Origin: Thermodesulfobacteriota bacterium
Lineage (GTDB): Bacteria > Desulfobacterota > Binatia > Bin18
Reading direction: 5' to 3'
Length of the DNA: 64,000 bases
NCBI GenBank assembly: GCA_964291405.2
Contig: OZ219926.1
Coordinates: forward strand, 2,944,001-3,008,000
This document shows, in pieces, positions 59,501-64,000 of the stretch (the stretch's first letter is position 1; each line of letters starts with the position of its first letter). Position numbers and translations under genes: made by a program. The notes under the pieces are model-generated. The model saw nothing but the letters and a program-made list of their open reading frames with translations, was not told where the DNA came from and made no database searches.

Positions 59501-60066
59501 TTCGCGGGGCGGGCAATCTTCTGGGCAAAGAACAGTCCGGCCGCGTCGCGGCGGTCGGCTACGAACTCTACGCCAATATGCTGGAAGAGACGGTCCGCGA
59601 ACTGCGCGGGGGCGAGATTGAGGTGGCGATTGAGCCCGAAATTCATATTGGCCTGCCCGCCTATTTGCCCGAAGTCTACATCCCGGATGTCAATCAGCGT
59701 CTGGTCTTCTACAAAAAACTGGCCAATGTGAAAGCGCGCAGCGACCTGGAAGACTTGGCCTATGAAATGGAAGACCGTTTCGGACCCCTGCCCGAGTTGG
59801 TCCTGGATTTTATCGAAGTCATGGACCTGCGCCGGGTCCTGCGTCACTATCTCGTCACCGCCGTCTACCGCAAGGGCGAACGCGTCACCCTGCACTTCCA
59901 TCCTGACTCGCCCATACAAGGCGAGCGGCTGGTGGCCTTTGTTCAGCACAATGACCGGGGTGCCCAACTCAGCCCGGACTTTCGGGTCTCGTTTTCGCTT
60001 GCGCCCCAGGAAGACGTGATGGAGGCGGTCAAGACTCTCTTGCACGACCTCGACGAATCATGTTAG
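56512..60066 (+). CDS. mfd: Transcription-repair coupling factor
   Basis: GDYVVHTDHGIARY, CGDVGYGKTEVA, IDEEHRFG, QLRGRVGRS, DLEIRGAGNLLG. Confidence 0.97.
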   Translation: MDVGPSFAAPLSVALETTARLSAAAPAPNVIRLAGLKGAAPAFFIARHLQHTPQPTLCVLPSDKQAETFAADLRFFIGQDLAPRVRYYPAWDVSVADGLSPNSEVVAAQIEGLYDALSVATPILVTSAQALLQRLLPQEEFITATFRLRTGDELPLSAFVDYCLQWGYRRVPLVEEKGEISVRGGIVDLFPPLARYPLRVEFLGDCIETMRSFDPASQRSLDTCEELMVLPMRFFSVARLQAAWRTIEEALDAGDISHREQQRIIENLKSGLPFPGVEFFLPYLYPDLEHVWEYLPRGTVVWALDPVEQERAAETFWEQLESRVATAREAGRFVPPPEHYYLSAKRELDGRAAFLTVEVRGLETVGADCTVTSMLHLGLKPGASPPGAEKSLAPLVARIRQWQDEQQQIYLTVSSQRQADHLQHLLLGHELELPIEPARVWDAQGRKSKRPLQSDKKAGAFTLLERQHPRTAIVVGHLSQGFTLPADGLVFLAEEEIFGERRHRRRSRPRPVADYLTGLSQLAAGDYVVHTDHGIARYHGLQHLSVADTTGDYLYLEYVGGDKLYVPVERINLVQKYAGADGKEPSLDRLGGQTWERVKRKTREAIQAMARELLEIHAVRESVARPALATFTDDYEEFVARFPFEETRGQRTAIEDVEADLQSPKPMDRLVCGDVGYGKTEVALRAAYLAVENGKQVAVLVPTTVLAQQHAETFSRRFADYPIRVELLNRFRSVQEAKAVVRGLAAGTVDIVIGTHRLLQRDIVFRELGLVVIDEEHRFGVTHKEKIKRLRHEVDVLTLSATPIPRSLNMGMMGLRDLSVIETPPVDRQAIRTYVARFDEDLIRSAVLQELARGGQVFFVHNRVESIEKMADQLRALVPEAILAVAHGQMGERELEMVMLDFMHHRVNVLCCSAIIESGLDIPTANTIIINRADHFGLAQLYQLRGRVGRSAMRAYAYLLIPGEHALTRDAQRRLEVLQELDDLGGGFRLAAHDLEIRGAGNLLGKEQSGRVAAVGYELYANMLEETVRELRGGEIEVAIEPEIHIGLPAYLPEVYIPDVNQRLVFYKKLANVKARSDLEDLAYEMEDRFGPLPELVLDFIEVMDLRRVLRHYLVTAVYRKGERVTLHFHPDSPIQGERLVAFVQHNDRGAQLSPDFRVSFSLAPQEDVMEAVKTLLHDLDESC
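57849..57901. repeat. GAGTAAAC-family palindromic element inside mfd
   Basis: AAAGAGTAAACGTCCC-CTCCAATCAGAC...-GGGGCGTTTACTCTTT. Confidence 0.8.
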
Positions 60067-60076
60067 CCGGTGAAGC

Positions 60077-61171
60077 GTGATGAAAAGAATGCAAATCCTG
60101 ATCGGTATGCTGGTCTGTGCCGTGTGGCTGGGGCCGGCCGCAAGCCAGGCTGAGGTCATTAACCGTATTGTGGCGACCGTCGATGGAGCGCCGATTACCT
60201 CATACGAGATGCAGGGCTTCCGGGAAGTGGCGGGCGCGAGTCCGATGGCACCCGCCGGCGGAGCGGCGGGAATGTCGGACGGCGATGTCCTGGACGCGCT
60301 CATCATGCAGAAATTGATCAGAAAAGAAGTGGAAAAGCAGGGCATGAAAGCCAAAAAGGCCGATATTGACGGCTATATTGCGCGCATCCAGGCGCAGAGC
60401 AATCTCAACGATGAAGAATTTGAAGCTGCCCTGGTTGAGCAGGGCATGACCATGGAGGCATACCGCGAACGGGTTGCGACTGAGGTGGAACAGGCGATGT
60501 TAATGAGTCGTGAGATCGGTTCCAGGGTGAATGTCACGCCCGAGGACGTCCAGCGCTACTATGATGAGCATATCGACGAGTACACCCAGCCCGCGCAGGT
60601 GCGTGTCCGTCATATTTTCCGTCCGTTAGCGCCCTCCGCGAGCGAGTCAGAGGAACAGGGAACAGTTGCGCTTGTGCATCAAGTCCGTCAGCGCGCGCTG
60701 GGCGGCGAAAATTTCGGCAATCTGGCAAGTGAGTACTCTCTGGGTCCGGGCGCTGACAGCGGAGGGGACCTCGGCTATTTTGAGCGCGGACAGATGCCCG
60801 AAGGCATCGAACAGGTCGCCTTTTCCCTGGAAAACGGCGATATCAGCCAGCCTTTCCGGACCAATTCCGGGATGCATCTGCTCAAGATCGAGGACAAACG
60901 GAACGCCGGTCTGCAACCCCTGGAGACCGTCTCCGAGGAGATTAAAAACAAGCTGTATAACGAGGCGCTGCGCGATCGCTATGCGCGCTGGTTTAATGAG
61001 GATCTCCGCTTCCGCCACCACGTCGACAACTTCCTCGAAGCGCCGGAAGATTTTGGCTCGGGTATCACGGAGACGAGTGGCGTTTTAGATACCGCGGTGG
61101 AAGAGGTGGCTCCGGACCGTCTGGAGATCGGAAAGAAAAAGGGCCTCCTCGGCTGGATCTGGCCGTTCTAA
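60077..61171 (+). CDS. surA: SurA-like parvulin peptidyl-prolyl isomerase
   Basis: NRIVATVDG..IT, VRVRHIF, GGDLGYF, ISQPFRTNSGMHL; located between mfd and pdxA. Confidence 0.85.
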   Translation: MMKRMQILIGMLVCAVWLGPAASQAEVINRIVATVDGAPITSYEMQGFREVAGASPMAPAGGAAGMSDGDVLDALIMQKLIRKEVEKQGMKAKKADIDGYIARIQAQSNLNDEEFEAALVEQGMTMEAYRERVATEVEQAMLMSREIGSRVNVTPEDVQRYYDEHIDEYTQPAQVRVRHIFRPLAPSASESEEQGTVALVHQVRQRALGGENFGNLASEYSLGPGADSGGDLGYFERGQMPEGIEQVAFSLENGDISQPFRTNSGMHLLKIEDKRNAGLQPLETVSEEIKNKLYNEALRDRYARWFNEDLRFRHHVDNFLEAPEDFGSGITETSGVLDTAVEEVAPDRLEIGKKKGLLGWIWPF

Positions 61172-61188
61172 AAAACGCCGTAGTGCTC

Positions 61189-62277
61189 ATGCCTATCAAG
61201 CCTGTGCTCGGGGTGACCATGGGCGACCCCACAGGGGTCGGGCCGGAGGTCATACTGAAGGCTCTCCAGTCACCGCTGCATGGCTGTCGGGTTATTATCC
61301 TTGGAGATCTTGCGGTGCTACAGGAGACGGCGACCCGTCTGGCGTCTTCCCTCCGCCCGTATCAGTGGCAGGTTGGCGACGCCTTGCCCACCGACGCGCA
61401 GTGTCTACCCGTCCTGGCGCTTTCCCAACTCACTCCAGCCGAACGTATACCCGGCCATCCCACTCATGCCGGGGGAGATGCCTCCTATTGCTATGTCGAA
61501 AACGGTGTGCGTTTCACCTTGGACGGGACTTTGGACGGACTGGTCACCGCGCCGATCAGCAAAGCCATGTGGCAGGCGAGCGGCCATCCCTACCCCGGCC
61601 ATACCGAACTCCTGGCCGCGCTGACGGATGCGGCCGAGGTGCGGATGATGCTGGACGGGTCGCCCCCCCCTTTTTTGGGGGGCCGCCCTGAGCCTGTCGA
61701 AGGGCGAGGGGGCAAAAAGCAGTTGCGGGTGATTCTGGTGACCACCCATATGCCCCTGGCCCAGGTTCCGGGTGCCCTGTCGTGTGAACGAATTGAGAAA
61801 ACCATCACGGTTGCCGCGACGCATTTGCGCCGTTTTTACGGTCTGCCACGGTCCCGTCTGGCCGTCGCCGGACTCAATCCCCACGCCGGAGAAGCGGGTG
61901 CGTTCGGCGATGAAGAACAACGGCTGATTCAACCGGCCGTCGAGCAGGCCCGCGGCGCGGGCTGCAATGTTGTCGGGCCGCTGCCCGCGGATACGGTGTT
62001 TGTGCGGGCGGTGCGAGGCGAATTCGATGCTGTGATCTGCCAGTATCACGATCAAGCCCTCATTCCGCTCAAACTGTTGTCCTGGGAGGACGGAGTCAAC
62101 GTCACGCTGGGTCTGCCGATCATTCGTACCTCACCCGACCACGGCACGGCGTTTGACATTGCCGGCCATAACAAAGCCAGTCCGCGCAGCATGCAGGCGG
62201 CCCTCAGGCTGGCAGCGGAAATGACGCAACGGGCTCGGACGGCCCCCGGTAGGCTCAGCCGCGACGCTCAGGAGTGA
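61189..62277 (+). CDS. pdxA: 4-hydroxythreonine-4-phosphate dehydrogenase
   Basis: TMGDPTGVGPE, GHTE, GLNPHAGE, YHDQ, RTSPDHGTAFDIAG. Confidence 0.95.
   Translation: MPIKPVLGVTMGDPTGVGPEVILKALQSPLHGCRVIILGDLAVLQETATRLASSLRPYQWQVGDALPTDAQCLPVLALSQLTPAERIPGHPTHAGGDASYCYVENGVRFTLDGTLDGLVTAPISKAMWQASGHPYPGHTELLAALTDAAEVRMMLDGSPPPFLGGRPEPVEGRGGKKQLRVILVTTHMPLAQVPGALSCERIEKTITVAATHLRRFYGLPRSRLAVAGLNPHAGEAGAFGDEEQRLIQPAVEQARGAGCNVVGPLPADTVFVRAVRGEFDAVICQYHDQALIPLKLLSWEDGVNVTLGLPIIRTSPDHGTAFDIAGHNKASPRSMQAALRLAAEMTQRARTAPGRLSRDAQE
61663..61713. repeat. Nested REP-like element inside pdxA
   Basis: C8-T6-G6 hairpin plus CGCCCTGAGCCTGTCGAAGGGCG; the latter matches units at 51749-51823. Confidence 0.8.
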
Positions 62278-62285
62278 TCGGGAAT

Positions 62286-64000
62286 ATGACCACACTCGCA
62301 CGGATCGGTGAGCGGCTGAGACAGGACTACGGGGAGCCGGGGCGGCACGCCCATGAACGCCTCCGGAGCTGGCTGGCGGGTGAAGTGCCGTACGCTTATC
62401 CCGAGGTGCTTGCCCGGCATCTCGATGCAGACCATCTGGCCCTGGTGTTTGACGCCTTCTGGCAGGTTCTGCCGTTTGGGACGGGCGGCCGCCGCGGACG
62501 GGTCGGCTACGGGCCGAACCGCATGAATCCGACAACAGTAGCCATGACCGTCCAGGGGCATTGTCAATACCTTGCGTCAGTGTTTCCGAACCGGAGCGAT
62601 CTGGCGGTGGTTGTGGCCAACGATGTCCGGGTGTTTCATGACTTGGCCGGGGTGTACGGCTTTCTGGGCAACACCCACCCCCTCCTGGGCGTGTCGTCCC
62701 GCTCGCTGGGCAAACTGGCGTGTGCGATTTACGCCGGGAACGGCATTGTCGCCTATTTCGCCGAGCCGGAAAACGACATGGCCGTGCTGACCACGCCGGA
62801 GCTGTCCTATCTGATTGGTCAACTGGGCGCGGTTGGGGGCATTAATCTGTCGGCCTCGCATAATCCGCCCGACGATAACGGCATCAAGGTGTATGACCAG
62901 TATGGCAGCCAACCGGTGGCCCCGGACGACCAGCGGCTGGTGGATATCATGGCTCAGGCCACGGACATTCGCTCCATCCCCTTTGCACAGGCCCTGGGCC
63001 GGGACCTGATTCGCCCCATTCCACGTCGGTTGCACGAGGACTATCTCCGGACCTATGTGCGGCTCTACGATCAGCTTTATACTCCGTTGCCGGCCTATCC
63101 GGTTGTGTTTACCCCCCTGAACGGCTGTGGGCTGACGACGGTTGGCGCGCTGCTGGAGCGAGTCGGGTTTCCGATACAGACCCCGCCCGACCAGGGCCCG
63201 GACGGGACTTTTGCGGCCATTCCTTTTCGCGTGCCCAACCCCGAAGTCCCCCAGGCGACCGAGCCGGCAAAAGCCTTTGCCGATACGCGCGGGATCGGCC
63301 TGGTCCTCTCCAGTGACCCGGATGCGGACAGGGTCGGTCTTGAGGCCAGACTGTCCGATGGGAGCTGGTATCATTTTGACGGCAACCAGCTTGCGGCCAT
63401 GCTGTGCTATTTCCTGATGCTGGACCCCAGAGGTCCGCAGCGCAGAGGGCTGGTCATTGAGACCCTGGTGACAACCCGGCTACTGGGTAGGATCGTGGCT
63501 CAGGCGGGCGATTCCTGGATCGTGGACGACCTGCTCGTCGGCTTCAAATATGTGGCGGCGGTCCTGAAAGCCCTGGACCAGACCGGAACCTATCGCGACG
63601 TGCGGTGTACGTCCGAGCAACTGGTCCTGGCGGTCGAAGAAAGCCACGGCGGTATGCTCATCCCCCACCTCAAAGATAAAGATGCCGCGCCGGCCTGCCT
63701 CTATTTCGCCACCCTCTACCAGCAGCTCCGCCAAGAGGGAAAGACGCTGCTCGACTACTATATTCACATCCTGGAAGAGTTGGGCGGGTATGCGGATGTG
63801 AATCGCTCCATCATGATGAGCGGGGCGGAGGGAGTATTGCGCCGAGACCGGCTTATGCACTCCCTGCGCGAAGCACCGCCCCGGCAGCTTGGCGGGTTTG
63901 CCGTTACGGATATGATTGATTACTGGGACGAGGCGCGCTTCGGACCCTTTGTGAGCGAAACCGATAAGCTCCCCCGGAATGTCTTGCAAATCGTGACAGA
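62286..64000 (+). CDS. Phosphoglucomutase/phosphomannomutase family (runs off the window)
   Basis: Manual translation: LPFGTGGRRG...GPNRMN, LSASHNPPDDNGIKVY, SDPDADRVG; absent from the ORF track because there is no stop in the window. Confidence 0.92.
   Translation, partial: MTTLARIGERLRQDYGEPGRHAHERLRSWLAGEVPYAYPEVLARHLDADHLALVFDAFWQVLPFGTGGRRGRVGYGPNRMNPTTVAMTVQGHCQYLASVFPNRSDLAVVVANDVRVFHDLAGVYGFLGNTHPLLGVSSRSLGKLACAIYAGNGIVAYFAEPENDMAVLTTPELSYLIGQLGAVGGINLSASHNPPDDNGIKVYDQYGSQPVAPDDQRLVDIMAQATDIRSIPFAQALGRDLIRPIPRRLHEDYLRTYVRLYDQLYTPLPAYPVVFTPLNGCGLTTVGALLERVGFPIQTPPDQGPDGTFAAIPFRVPNPEVPQATEPAKAFADTRGIGLVLSSDPDADRVGLEARLSDGSWYHFDGNQLAAMLCYFLMLDPRGPQRRGLVIETLVTTRLLGRIVAQAGDSWIVDDLLVGFKYVAAVLKALDQTGTYRDVRCTSEQLVLAVEESHGGMLIPHLKDKDAAPACLYFATLYQQLRQEGKTLLDYYIHILEELGGYADVNRSIMMSGAEGVLRRDRLMHSLREAPPRQLGGFAVTDMIDYWDEARFGPFVSETDKLPRNVLQIVT

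Overview
High-GC bacterial chromosomal window of housekeeping and catabolic genes. It holds three tandem TonB-dependent receptors, amidohydrolases, LLM oxidoreductases, dapL, a core-MetE-like enzyme, glmS/glmU, selA with tRNA-Sec and a probable 6S RNA, aroQ-accB-accC, mfd, surA, pdxA and a partial phosphomutase gene. Between about 40.6 and 51.6 kb lies a visibly lower-GC accessory island. It carries a DNA phosphorothioation operon (dndC, dndD, a DndE-ATPase fusion, a DGQHR/DndB-like gene and a HEPN-like gene) with no dndFGH or dndA in the window, and it is flanked by two direct-repeat-bracketed cassettes. Other notable items are a sodium:solute symporter fused to two winged-helix domains, a TrpC-like protein lacking its catalytic residues, several palindromic repeat families (two copies sit in frame inside mfd and pdxA), an ate/bpt gene without a canonical start codon, and many complete or orphan toxin-antitoxin genes. 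All calls rest on motif recognition by eye; no database searches were run.
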